This document shows, in pieces, positions 51,571 through 63,830 of a DNA stretch of 64,000 nucleotides. The position numbers and the translations under genes were made by a program. The stretch is from positions 72,480,001 through 72,544,000 of the forward strand of contig CM059432.1 in NCBI GenBank assembly GCA_030390025.1, in the 5' to 3' direction. Origin of the DNA: Squalus acanthias (Eukaryota). The notes beneath the pieces are model-generated. The model was given only the letters and a program-made list of their open reading frames with translations. It did no database searches and was not told where the DNA came from. Numbering within the stretch: position 1 is the first letter of the stretch; the number at the start of each line of letters is the position of its first letter.

Positions 51571-52830
51571 CCTCTGAATTAAAGCTGATTATATAAAACT
51601 AAATTGTAATGTCAAACTACTGCTTTCTTTGATAGAATAGTTACATGAATAATTTCAGTAGGTCATAAAACCATCTAAAATTCTTAAAATTTTGTACACT
51701 GGCTGAACCAACATGGGTTTGGTGAAGGTAATAACTTAATAATGGCTTAATATTTCATCATCTGTGTTAAGGCTTTCTTTCATCTACCTTTATAACTCCA
51801 GGGGAAATACTTCAATGGCAAAATGAGAAATCAGGAAAATACTTCTAAGAAGTTGTACTTATATAAATACTATGGAGGATCAAGTAAAAGTAAGAAAACA
51901 CAGCAAAGTTAATATTTATTGTGGAAGAGTTGACCGCAGATTTTTTTTCTTTTGTTCCCCTTGGTTTGTGTTTTTTGTTATTTCGCTGTTCATTGAGTTT
52001 TTCTAATGTGAATTTGAGATGTCGGAAAGAAGTCTATACTGAGATTTACTTTTATCAAATAGTTATTGCACTTCAAATTCGTTCCTTACACGTGAAGCAT
52101 TTCCAAACATTTCTGGGAGACATAAATCAATATAAATGCAACAGAACTGCGTGGTATTTAACAGAAGGTTAGACATTGTTTGATTGGCAGGCACTGCCAT
52201 ACATCTGGATACGTCAAAAGATGAGATTTCCTGTTAACACTTAAGCGTTTTAACTAAATATTTCTGTGACTGCATCTGAAAGTACATTTTTAGAAAAATT
52301 ACAGGAGAACACTATAGGCTGAACACAGGTGGCTTCCTGAACTTGGCGTATTTTTAAAGCTGTGACTGCTTTTGCTATCATCTCGTTAGATGTAGTGACC
52401 TACTAGATCTGATCTTATGTTTAAAAAAATACCATGGCAGCTCCCTCGCTAAGTGCACATGTAGGTGACCTGCTGCAAATCCTCTGCCAATACTGTTGCA
52501 TAACTGAAATGTACAAGAGTATAGTAAGTCATTTGCCGCCTTGTTTCCCCCTCTCTGCTCCCTCATCCCTCGAGAATCTGACCAAATTGTAAATATGCTG
52601 TGTAGGGAATCATAAACCTCAATTAGACAATAGGTTTTTGATATTGTAACTGGAATGAGGACCGGAAAAGAGGAAAAAATAGCTTAACAAAGTTTAACTG
52701 CTGTGTTGCAAATGTGGCTTGAGACAATTTTAACTGAAGGATTTACTGTAGTTTTTATCTTTAGCATTTTTCAGTGACAGAGTTTTGTCATCAACTTCAA
52801 ACATCACAATTTAAAAAAAAAAATTATTGT

Positions 52831-53657
52831 GGCCGCAATTTTGCCAATGGATGTGCTTTGGGAGCGAGTCAGCTGGTTTCCGGATTCCAGTCCCGCCCCA
52901 AACTGCATCCGGCCAACGGACGTGATTTTACGTCGATTGGCCTTGTTAAGCCCGCCAATTAAGAGGAAACCGGTCAGATGACGTCATTTGATGACGAGTC
53001 ATCTGCCGGTTTTCTTAAAGGGACCACGCACAATTTTTGCATTGAGGTGCTGCAAACACTGACAATCACTATACAAAGGTGAGCTCTTGCACCCAGACTC
53101 TCCAATGACTCCCTCCATAGGCTAGAACAGATGGCAGCTGCAGGTGAGGTTACAGAAGCGATCTGTCACTGGTGAGAGAGGTTCTCCCAATGAGGTGGGA
53201 CTAGACAGACAATTCAAAACCTGTTACCTACAGAAAAGTGTAAATGCATTCAAAATGATTTTCCCAACATTTTCTTATCTCTGAAACTCACCAATGCACC
53301 ATTGGATCCTTCACACCACTTCTACAGCTGTCATCAATGCAGAAACATTACAGCACACTCACAACGCGTCACACTTACCTGGCGTGGTTTCCGGACATCT
53401 GGGAACCCGAGGCAGAAGCAGCAAAATTGAAAGAGCCTGTTAACAAGTATCAAGTACCTGTTAACAGCCAGGTAAGTGGCTATAATCCTCTTCCCACCGG
53501 TAGGTGTCGGGTCCATGCGCAAATCGGGGACCTGACACTCGGGAATATTGATTGGAGGTGGGTTGACAGCGAGTTTCCTGCCCGCTCTAAATCTTTGTGA
53601 TTTTGACAGCGGAACCGCCTCCAACCCCGCACTCTGAGGACCGGCAAAATTCTGGCC
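52831..53657 (+). mobile_element. Family E derivative, further deleted
   Basis: GGCCGCAATTTTGCC / GGCAAAATTCTGGCC TIRs; TGT TSD; shared promoter-like block. Confidence 0.88.
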
Positions 53658-54033
53658 TGTGTATCAAATGGTTCTCCTCACAATGTAAATGTTTATTTTT
53701 AAACAAATTATCCAAACAGCGTTGAACGTAAATGTTTAGTGATATTAATACTAGCTTATTTTAATGTGTGTGGTTAGAATGAGTTTTTATAAAGAACAAT
53801 ATGCATCTGAATTTAGAGTTTGCTGTTTATCATTTATGGTAGCTTTGGAGAGAGATTTTTTCAGTTTTGTGTGGGTTCTCAATTTAGTATATATTAGTAA
53901 CCTGAAAACATAACTTTTAGGTATATTCTATCTAATGATTTCAGCAAAATCTATTTGCACCATGTTGTTTAGAGGCTAACAGATTTTGAAGTACCTTTCT
54001 GGATAATAATTTTTGTCCTGTTTTCTTATGTAG

Positions 54034-54137
54034 CTAGCTCTGGCTAGTTTTTATGAGGATGGTGGTGACGATCAACCGGTTCATCAAGACGCACCAGTGT
54101 TTAGTAATACTACTAATTTCAGACCTGCGGTTCGTAG
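54034..54137 (+). CDS. UBXN2B: p47/p37-family gene, coding exon 2
   Basis: TAG|LALASFYEDGGDDQPVHQDAPVFSNTTNFRPAVR|GTAAGA; in frame with exon 1; ALASFYEDGGD matches p47. Confidence 0.93.
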
Positions 54138-55079
54138 GTAAGAAATATCAGAAGTACTTTGAGGTATACCCAGCTTCCTTTAAAACTTCTGTGTTGTAAA
54201 TTTTAGTTCAGCAGCTTTTGCAGTCCTTCAGTTAGTTTGGGTTTTCTAACTTTATTGCAACAGTCTGATCTGTTCCTACGTTTATAATTGCAAGCCCACG
54301 TTCGGTGGTCCAAACAACAAATTCTCATTCTGAAAAGCGAAACTACCCAGTTTTGAATGGTACCTAGCTATAAGTAATGATATTTTGGTTGACTCTGGAT
54401 ACAGTGTAATACGTATATATTGGTCTTTTTGGGGGGGAAAGGCCCAAGCACCAGTTTGGTAGCAGTCTAGTTACAGTTACTGCACTACTAAACATACTTC
54501 TCGATAGCACTTTAGACCACTTTTTTGCCATGTTTCGTAAAGGGGTTCTCTGTCGATTCAATTTTGTGAGACATTCATCCTCACGGTTATGTTGTTAAAA
54601 TGCCCTTTAATTGGATGAATCACATTGCCGAAGCATAATATTGCATTTTGGGTTGGAAAAAACTAAAAATGCCTCCTACCATTACATTGTAACCTATCTT
54701 AGATGTTGATGGTAGTCATGGATAAATGTGTGACCTGGACAGTCTCTTTGTCTCAGATGAATAAAGCTTTCAGATGAACAGTATAAAATAGGGGATTAAA
54801 AATAGAAGGTGGAACCATAAAATAAAATATATCTTTGTTTACGCATGTTCATTAAAATCATGTAGTAGAGTTTTCGAATTGAAGTAGGAAGCTTGTTTAA
54901 TTTTTGTTCTATACTTTTTATTGTTTTTAAATATAGTATTCTGGGGCAGTAGGAAAAACATAGACACACACACACCATGGTTACAAAAGTAGCAACTTTA
55001 AAAATCTTGAATCAGGGCAACATGCCAAAGCTGTCATTTCTGTTGTCAGAAATGCTGCAAGCGAATGCATTTACTACCT

Positions 55080-55425
55080 GCAAGAATGGGACTCCACAGT
55101 TTCAGTTGTTCCTTTTCTGGGCTGGAAAGGCTAAGTGGTATTGTAGGAAAATAAATCTCGTTATTAAAAGGGTACTTGCGCTGTTAAGTACCAGCCTTAA
55201 TTTTCTGCAGGAAGTTTAATTGGTAATTACTGCGCAAATGCATCAATGTCTTGAAACTCAGTGAAGTTGACGGCGAGCTGCCATTTTCGCGAGGCTAACT
55301 GCAAGTTGTGGCAGTTCACAACTCAAGGGGTATCTCTTCCTCCCCAGAAATTGCTGGACAATTTACACACTAATAACGGTGTGCACACTAAACTCGCTGT
55401 TATTTTGGCAGAAAATTCAGAGCCT
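55080..55425. mobile_element. Degenerate family D-like fragment
   Basis: TTAAAAGGGTACTTGC and CTCGCTGTTATTTT..GCAGAAAATTCAGAGCC resemble the 49050-49335 end. Confidence 0.5.
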
Positions 55426-56724
55426 TTATTTCATGTACACAAATCAGTGTATTTTGTATCACTGCTTACCTTAGTGAGGGCAAAAGCTGGGGGAAATTCA
55501 GGAACTATCCTGATATCCATGTTGATTGGGACCTCTGTATTAGGAATTACCTTACTTACGTTAGATTTTTAACCTTTTGATTACTCGAGATTTTAGCAGT
55601 ATTTGTTTTAAGTAGGTGGGTAAACGTGTGCATTCTTGATGTAATTTAAGTAAAATACTTTGTTTCTTGATCTATGCAGGTTGTTTCCAAGTACTAGTTT
55701 TGCTACTTAAACAGTCAGTGATGGTATAGCTAGTCTTGTTGGATATGTTTTTTGGTCCTTCCCATCTTAATTGCTTCATTCAATAGTTCAGTATTATCAT
55801 TAATAGAAGTGCCAACACCCTAAGCTGTAGGTGACCTGATGGTTTCAATAGCACTTTTCTTCTATGCAAGATATGAACCTGAGGGATAATTTCTACTTGT
55901 GTCATTAAAGGACAGTTTCCAAACATCTAGCAGAGGGTTGGACTGTATATGTATGGGACGGAGCCATGAGGCTAAAATCTAATAGAGGGGTTTGGATGAT
56001 GCCCAAAACTGTAAGAATGAAGATTGATGAATTCCTCCCCCCTCAAAAAATCAAATAGATTTTATATTCCCTAATGCTTCAAGTGAATTTTTTTTCCCAT
56101 TTTTAGGTGTATGTGGTCAGTGTTTGTTGATGTCTTCCACATCCCTGATATGATTATCTTAAGAGGTTATCGTAGTATATCAACAACTACATTGTAGTAA
56201 CTTGTAGTGCACACTTCTCATGTGCTACTTAATCAATTGTACATTATCACTTGACAAACTTGCAGTGATTCTTCAATATGGACTTAATGCATCCATTGGG
56301 TAGAGCATCGTGCCCTTTTGAGTCTGCCATGACACCTATGACCAGTAAAATACAATAAAACTGCAACTATGATCTCCATAATTATATTTTTTTAAACATA
56401 AATGCACAGGTGTGATTGAAAGATTAATCTGATTAAGGATTCAAATGAATGCTACAAACAGTTGAGGCTTCACCGAGTTTGACCTTATCAATAATTACTG
56501 TCTTGTAATTACTCTGATGCATCCAGTACTCTTACTCAGAACTTTACTACGTTTGTGTATACTAAGAATATTCTAATAATTAAGTTTATGGGGAATACAG
56601 TACATTAAATATTGGGCTTTGTTTGTTCACTAATCCTTTAGAAAGTTCTTTGTAACAAAACTTATCTGTTACTTGAAAGTGGCAAAAATCCAGAGTACTT
56701 GAAGGGCAGACACTTTTTTTTTTT

Positions 56725-58025
56725 ACATATGTCAGAAATTACAATATGGAAACAGGCCGTTTGGCCCAACCAGTTTATCCTCCACGCAAGCAGTAATTCT
56801 AATCCCATGTGCCCGCATTGTTCTCGTGTCCGTTTATTCCCCTTTCCTTTAACCACCTATCTAACCTCTTAAATATTGACATGGTCTATGCTTCAATCAT
56901 TAACTCTGGTAATGCATTCCACAGCTTCACAACCCTCTGTGTAAAAACAAAAGTTTCTCCTGTTCTCTGTCCTAAATCTCTTGTGTTTATTCACTGTTAA
57001 ATTTTGATTATATGGTCTGAAGTTTTTCTGTTTTTCCTCATGTCCCAGTGAATTGCCTTAGGATGTTTTTCTATGTTAAAGATGCTTTATAAATGCAAGT
57101 TATTGTTGTAAAGTAACCCAATAATCCAGTTGCTCTCAGAAAAGCTAGTTTCCTTTGGAGTTGTATGTACATAGGAGTGTAGTAAAGTACAAGAATGCAA
57201 AGAATTCTGCTGTCTATCTGGCCAATCCTAATAATCTGTACCCATCAATTGTCCATTCCCTCAAATATCTATCTAATTCTCCCTTAAATGTTTCTTTGTT
57301 ATCTGCCTTCATTGCCTCCCTGGAACGTACATTCCACTTATTCACCACCCTGTGTGCAAAATAGGTAAATCTAAACTGTATATGCCTCTTCCCTTTTCTA
57401 TACTTGAGTCAATGCGCCCTGGTTTTGGAATTTGTGGTAATCTTGAATATATTATCAGGATTCTGTTTCTCCTCTCCAGAGTAAACAGCCCCAAGCTCTT
57501 CAACTTCACTCACAGTTCAGATTCCTTATGCTAGTTATCAAGTTATCAGTTTAGTTGCTATTTTCAGCACTGCCCCCAATGCCTGGATTTCCTTGGTATA
57601 GTAAGGCGGCCACAATTGTACACAGTACTCCATGTGTGCTCGTATTAGTTCCTTGTCCAGACGCATTATCCCCTCCAGAGATTTTTGTTCTTTTCCTCTG
57701 GCTATACATCCCAAGGTCCATTTTGCTTTCCTTACTGCTGTCACTCACTGTCCTGTTGGTGTCACTGAGCTATCCATCAATACCCCCCGAATCCTCTCCT
57801 GTGTTGTATCCTGTATCGAAGAGCCATTTACTTTAGATTCCCACTATTTATTTCCCAGTATGATTACCTTGCATTTGTCCATATTAAATGGCGTTCACAT
57901 GTCAGCAGCTCACCTTCCCAACCTATCTGGATCCCTTGTATTTGGTTTGCCTCTTCACTATTGTTTAAAACTTTCCTCAACTTGCTATCATATGCAAACT
58001 TAAACAGATTTATTTCTGTCCCCAG
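56725..58025 (-). mobile_element. Old CR1 fragments (plus a small L2 tail near 57040-57110)
   Basis: IRAHMEYCVQLWPPY, FKFAYDSKL remnants. Confidence 0.75.
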
Positions 58026-58455
58026 CTCCACATTATTTCTATACACTGTGCAGACTAATTAATAAGAGTAGAATAAAATATTACCTGCAGTCTGTTATGG
58101 AAGCTTTCTACAATATTGCATCTGAATACATCAGTTATTTATGAATAGTATATTTCAAGCAAGTAATTAACATGACCGATTTTAATATAATGGAGGTGTA
58201 TTTCATCGGGTTTGGCCCTGATAAGAACATTAATCAACCATAGTTTGTGTATGAGTTTTTGGAAGCAAACAATTTGATAAATCTGTCCAATGTCTGTGGT
58301 TTGCATAGTTCAATACCTATAACCACAGCTTCTAATTCTTGTATATCATGTTTGACAGTATTTGTTTTGTCAGCCCAATTATGGATATCTGCTCTTGCAC
58401 ATTTTCTCCATAGTTACTGTTTACTGACCTTGTCTACTGCCCTTCTTGTCTCTAT

Positions 58456-60435
58456 GGCCGCGATTTCGCCTACTGAGGCGGGCTCAGTGCGGCCGAGGTA
58501 GGTGGAGGGTTGCGACCCCGCTCCCGGCTCCATCCCGCTCAGAGTTATTTTCCATTGATTGAGCTTGTGAAGCTCGCCCTGCGAGGTTCGCAGCCAATTA
58601 AAAAGAAGCGGGTCTGATGACATCATTTGATGACGTCATCAGCCGGTTTCCTTAAAGGGACCATGCCCACATTGAGGTGCTGCAAACACTGACAAGCACT
58701 GCACAAAGGTGCACGGCTGCACCCAGGCTCTCCCATGACTCCCTCCATGTGCTTTTGGAGGGAGTCACAGCATGCAGGGAGGTTCTCTTCCCTTCCAATG
58801 GGCGGAAGAGACCGCCCCAGGACACCGACGCAGCCTGGTTGCACATTGCACAGGAGGACAAGCAGGGATGTCGTTAGGAGGACCAGGCTGCAGTGGCGCA
58901 AACCTTTCAATGATCTCAGTAGATCACGAAACGTTACTGCAAAGCCACACTCAACCTCCTCCTGCTGTGCCACTTATCACATCCACCTCACTCTGCCTTC
59001 CCTACCCTACTCCTGCACATCCTTACTCACACCAACTTACCTTGCACCTCCACCTATCCCTCTCTATCTACATTATCACTTCTCCATCTCACTAGCCACC
59101 CCTCACACTCGCCCTCATCCTAGTGCAATCATACCAACTAACAACACACAAGGGTAGGCACTTGAGTTTTTTTCGCCAATATTCATGTAAAGTTTCTGTT
59201 GATGTGTTGCCAAACATTGAAATCATTATTTTCCACACTTTGCCTTCTTGGGCAGATTTGTGTGCACTTTTGGAAGTCGCTTAATAAGTTGCAGTGAATG
59301 GTGAGACATAACGGTACCCCCCGCAGTAGTGATGAGTGTGAAAGAAATGGCTTGGACATTGTAGGCATCATGTGGCAGCCAGGGTGTACAGTGTACAGTG
59401 TCAAGTGAAGTAAATCTGGCCATGGTGAGGCCATCCTTGGCCTACCAGGCAGCAATGTTGTCGGGTGCTGATGCCCTGTGTCCTGTGCAGCATCAGGTGC
59501 TTGCGGAGCAGATTGGTGGTGGTGTTGGTGCTGCTGGTGTGCCTGGTGATGTTGGGGCTGATCGTGGAGGGATTCAGAGGACCAAGGTCAGATTTTTTCA
59601 AGGGCACCGATGTTGCTGCAATAGATGGCAGCTGAAGTTGAGATGACAGAAGCGATCTGTCAGTGGTGAGAGAGGTTGCTCCAAGGAGGTGACAGTGGAT
59701 CGAGAGTTTACTCCAAACACTTCCAAACTGCATAAAGCTGAAAAATGTATTCCAGATCTGCAAAGTTCCAGCTTCTCAGATTGGAAAGTGAACAGCTGTG
59801 AAATGGTAGCTTTTATACCACTTTTGGCAGAAGGAACAGGGAGAGGCAATATACACTTAATGGCACAGTTTTAAAGAGTGTGCAGGGACAGAGGGACCTG
59901 GGAGTTAATGTGCATAGGTCCCTAAAGATGGCAGGACATATTGAGTGGTTAGCAAAGCATATGGGATCTTGGGTTTCATAAATAGAGGTATTGAGTGCAG
60001 AAGTAGAGAAGTTATGCTGAACCTTTATAAAGCGCTGGTTAGGCCACAACTGGAGTATTGCGTCCAGTTCTGGTCACCACACTTTAGGAAGGATGTGAAG
60101 GCCCTTGAGAGGATGCAGAGGAGATTTACCAGAATGGTTCCGGGGATGGGGAATCTCAGCTACATCCCCGAGTGCTGGGAACCTCGTGAAAAAGCTGGTA
60201 AAATGGTAAGTACATGGTAAAATGGTGTTTAAGTATCTTTTAACAAGCTCCTAAGTATCTGAATTAGCTCACCCGCTGCATGGTGTTGGGTCTGTAAAGC
60301 GCAGACGGACCCGACACTTGGGAAACTGACATGGAGACGGGTTGAAGCGGGATCCCGACCCACTGTCAATCTTTCCGATTTTGACAGCGGACCCGCCTCC
60401 GAACCTGCCCTCTGAGAGCCGTCAAAATTCCGGCC
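58456..60435 (+). mobile_element. Harbinger deletion derivative E2 with a CR1 fragment inserted at about 59830-60155
   Basis: GGCCGCGATTTCG / CAAAATTCCGGCC TIRs; TAT TSD; degenerate Myb exon; LVRPQLEYCVQFWSP insert. Confidence 0.9.
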
Positions 60436-60623
60436 TATGCGTGGTCTTTGTGCCCAAGTAGAGACAGTGGATATTTGGAAAACATTGGTACAATTCAGAA
60501 GTTACCCAACAAGTGAGATAATCGTTAATTAAATTTAGTCACTTGTGCTCAAGAGCATCAATTGGTATATTCTACCAACATCTTGCATATAATATATACA
60601 TTCTAAAATTCTTGGAAACTGTC

Positions 60624-60910
60624 AACAACATCATGCGTTTATATAGCACCTTTAACATAGAAAAATGTTCCAAGGCACTTCACAGAAGCGTAATCAGACA
60701 AAAGTTGACACCGAGTCAAAGGAGATATTAGGAGGAGTGACTAAACGCTTGGTCCAAGAGGTAGGTTTTAAGGAGAGTTGTAAAGGAGGAGAGAAAGGTG
60801 GAGGGACAGAGAGGTTTGGGGAGAGAATCTCACAGCTTAGGGCCTAGGTGGCTGAAGGCATGGCCACCATTGGTGGGGTGAATGGAGTTGGAGATGCACA
60901 AGAGGTCAGT
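60624..60910 (-). mobile_element. L2 3' fragment
   Basis: (AAC)n-TTTATATAGCACCTTTAAC tail and 3' body. Confidence 0.85.
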
Positions 60911-61080
60911 TTCACGAATACTTTTTCCTTCTGTGAATTAATAAAATGAGTTAAAAATTGAGTTTCACTGATTAATGGGATTTAGTTTAAGTACGAGCTG
61001 GAAATTTAAATCAGTGATTGTATTCAATCTTTTATCCCAGTGATCCAAACAATAGATACTTTTTTTCCCTCTTCCAGCAG

Positions 61081-61158
61081 TGGTACTTCCAAAATATCAT
61101 CCTTGAAAGACCTGAAGAAGGATGAACAAAGTAGCAGTACGGCTGATGAGGGTCAACG
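61081..61158 (+). CDS. UBXN2B: p47/p37-family gene, coding exon 3 (alternative acceptor 61078)
   Basis: Pyrimidine tract-CAGCAG|(S)GTSKISSLKDLKKDEQSSSTADEGQ(R)|GTAAGG; phase 2-2; aligns with p47 VTSFRDL...EEGQR. Confidence 0.85.
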
Positions 61159-61844
61159 GTAAGGGTTTTTGACATTTCTGGCAGATTGAAACCTGCTCCA
61201 CTTGGTGACAGCACAGAGAAATCTTGAGTGCCAAATAAGTAATGCTGCTGTGGGTAATTTGACTTCATCCTGAAATAGAGATCGTGCACCATTTTCGAGA
61301 AGGTCAGTCAACTGTTGGATTTCTAGAATCAATCTGTAGGGTTGATCTCGAGATTTAATTAATAGAATTGAATAGAATAAAATTCGAGTTGAATTTGTCT
61401 TCAAATTTTTGCTTGCAATGGGCCGCAGTAGCTATAGGTACTGTTTCACAAAACAAGGCAGAGTTATGACCAACACTGTTCACACCAAGTCTAGGTTTCA
61501 GCAGATGGGTGTATTGTGAAAATACCAGATATACCAAAACCATGACTCTATGAATCAGTGCCAAAATATCTCTCCCCATCCCATGACAGTGAACGAGGTC
61601 TGAGCACATGGCACAGACCAACCGACCACACTGACTATCGGGACCCTAGCCTGCCCATAATCCATGAAGTACCATCCAGAATAGTCACAATAACAATATA
61701 TGAGCAGCCATCCATTACTTTCCCTTCAGCCAAAGTTACAGAACCCACAGCAGACCTCACCACTATGGTCACAAAACAAAACTAGCTGTGAGCCTACACC
61801 ACCCATACTGAGCCTTATTTCTATGCAATGGAAATTTATTTACA

Positions 61845-62115
61845 GGTTGATGTAAAGGATCTCATAACAGTGTTCAAAGAAGAGCAGGGACTTCTCCCAG
61901 CATCCTGACCAACATTCCTCCCTCGACCAGCACTACCCAATTCAGATTAACTGGTCATTTATTCATTTGCTGTTTGTGAGACCTTGCTGGGTGCAAATTG
62001 GCTGCTGCATTAGCCTACATCATCATAATGTCTACATTTCAAAGGTAATTCATTAGTTGTAAAACACTTTATGAAATCCTCAGGACATAAGGCACTATAT
62101 AAATACAAGTTCTTT
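61845..62115 (+). mobile_element. Deu-domain SINE body with L2-type tail
   Basis: GAAGAGCAGGG..TTCTCCC...TTGCTGTTTGTG.GACCTTGCTG.GTGCAAATTGGCTGC block and CTATATAAATACAAGTTCTTT tail. Confidence 0.75.
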
Positions 62116-62487
62116 ATCTATCTTCCTCTTTCTTTGCTACTTGCATGGTTCAGCTGCATACCAGGCAATGCATTTACCCACTGAAGCATTGTTGGAGCTA
62201 TTTAAGTACATTTCGTTGTTTGTGTTTTGTAGGATACATCAAGCCCTCAGTCAGTAATTGAATTGGACTTACAAGCAGTGAAACATCTAATTTTTCCCTG
62301 ATGCATTGTTTCATGGAAGGAGTACTCTGTAATGGTCGTGTGTGCCAAAGAGATGTGTACTTTCTCTACGCTTACAATGCAAGAGCAAATGTGATGATAA
62401 AAATGCTCACTTGCTAATGTACCGTATGTTGTTTTTGTTAATGAAGTAAAGCACTGGATTTCACTCACTGTATATTAATTTTTTAAG

Positions 62488-62653
62488 CTTTTATGCAGGT
62501 GGTTCTGAACACAGTGGCCAGCAGATAGTTGGACCTCCAAAGAAAAAGAATCTAAATGAAATTGTGGATGACCTTTTTAAAGGAGCTAAGGAACATGGGG
62601 CAGTTCCAGTGGATCACTGGACAGGAGGGGTAGGAGAGGCAAACCGAGCTGTG
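62488..62653 (+). CDS. UBXN2B: p47/p37-family gene, coding exon 4; gene continues beyond the window
   Basis: AAG|(R)[61 protein letters not shown]; very close to p47 [17 protein letters not shown]...[11 protein letters not shown]. Confidence 0.96.
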
Positions 62654-63434
62654 GTAAGAGAATGTGGGAATGTCTACAGAAGCATTGTGAATTCAGCGGT
62701 CTCAAAATAGTGTTCTTTTTTGCTGTTTTGAAAAGTTGCAGTGCTGTATTTTTTAAAAGTAGGAAAAGTAAATTTTTAACACTAAAATAAAGGCATTAGA
62801 GCTGCGATTATCTGCCATAATTGTGGGGACCTTTCCTGGTGGATAATAGAAATTGGCTCATAACCAAGTCTCCAAAATCTGGTTTTAAACATGGCAATAA
62901 AGTCAAATACAATACAGATAAGGAAAGAAACATTTATGTAGTCTTCAATAAGCAAAGGAGATGAAATTTAAAAAAAATGAAATGTTAGGCTGTGTAACAG
63001 GATGGTGATGTATTGTGCAAGGATTTATCCCATCAAAGTTCTGGCAGAAAATTAGGAAGGTATTTGACCGTAGTGTGGATAGTGAAGGGTCCATTGCCAT
63101 TTTCTTGAAAGTATATGTAAAACTTATATGAACAAATGTGTAGTACTTGTTAAAATAACTTCTGAAAGAAATGTTAGCTGTTTTTACCCTCTATGGAGGA
63201 GAATATCTAAACACTAATTTACAAAAATTACATTCAGCACAGCATCTAACCTGTAAGGATAGTCTAGCCCACTGCAGAGATGAAGGCTTTTCCCTCCTTT
63301 AAAGGGGGGCGGGGGGGAGGCAGCCCTTGAAGGGGTCTTGCAAAAGTTCATTCAAAAATAATTTATTAATTTTACCGCTTGACAGATTAGTTCCCAAATC
63401 CAAACAATGTTTTTTTTTAACAAGTGAGACCTGT

Positions 63435-63830
63435 GATTTGCACTTATAAAGTACCTTTAATATCCCAAAGCACTCCATGATGAGTTAGTATAGGGAAGGT
63501 GATCAAAGAAAGAGGTTCTTAAGAGGCATTTGAAACTGAGAGATATGTAGCAAGTTGGAAGCGTTTAGGAACTGAATTCTGGAGTGCAGGCATATATGAC
63601 TTAAGGTTCTGCCACCGATGGTGGAATTGGGAGGGAGAGCGGATCCACAGCAGGGTCAGTCGGCAGAATGGGAATTGCGAGTAGGAATGCAAGGCTGGAG
63701 CAGATTGTGCAGATGTGCGAGGCCATGGAGGAATCTGTGAATAAATACAAGGGATGCAGAGCCAGTGGAGTGAGGTTGAGGAGGACAATGGTCTTAGTTG
63801 GCTAGGACTTATTACAGGCATGAGTTGCTT
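63435..63830 (-). mobile_element. Degenerate L2 3' fragment
   Basis: TTGCACTTATAAAGTACCTTTAA tail-like sequence and purine-rich body similar to other L2 copies. Confidence 0.6.

Noticed and set aside
62499..62653. Alternative acceptor GCAG|GT as the start of exon 4
   Set aside because: It breaks frame with phase-2 upstream exons and drops the conserved FYA residues.
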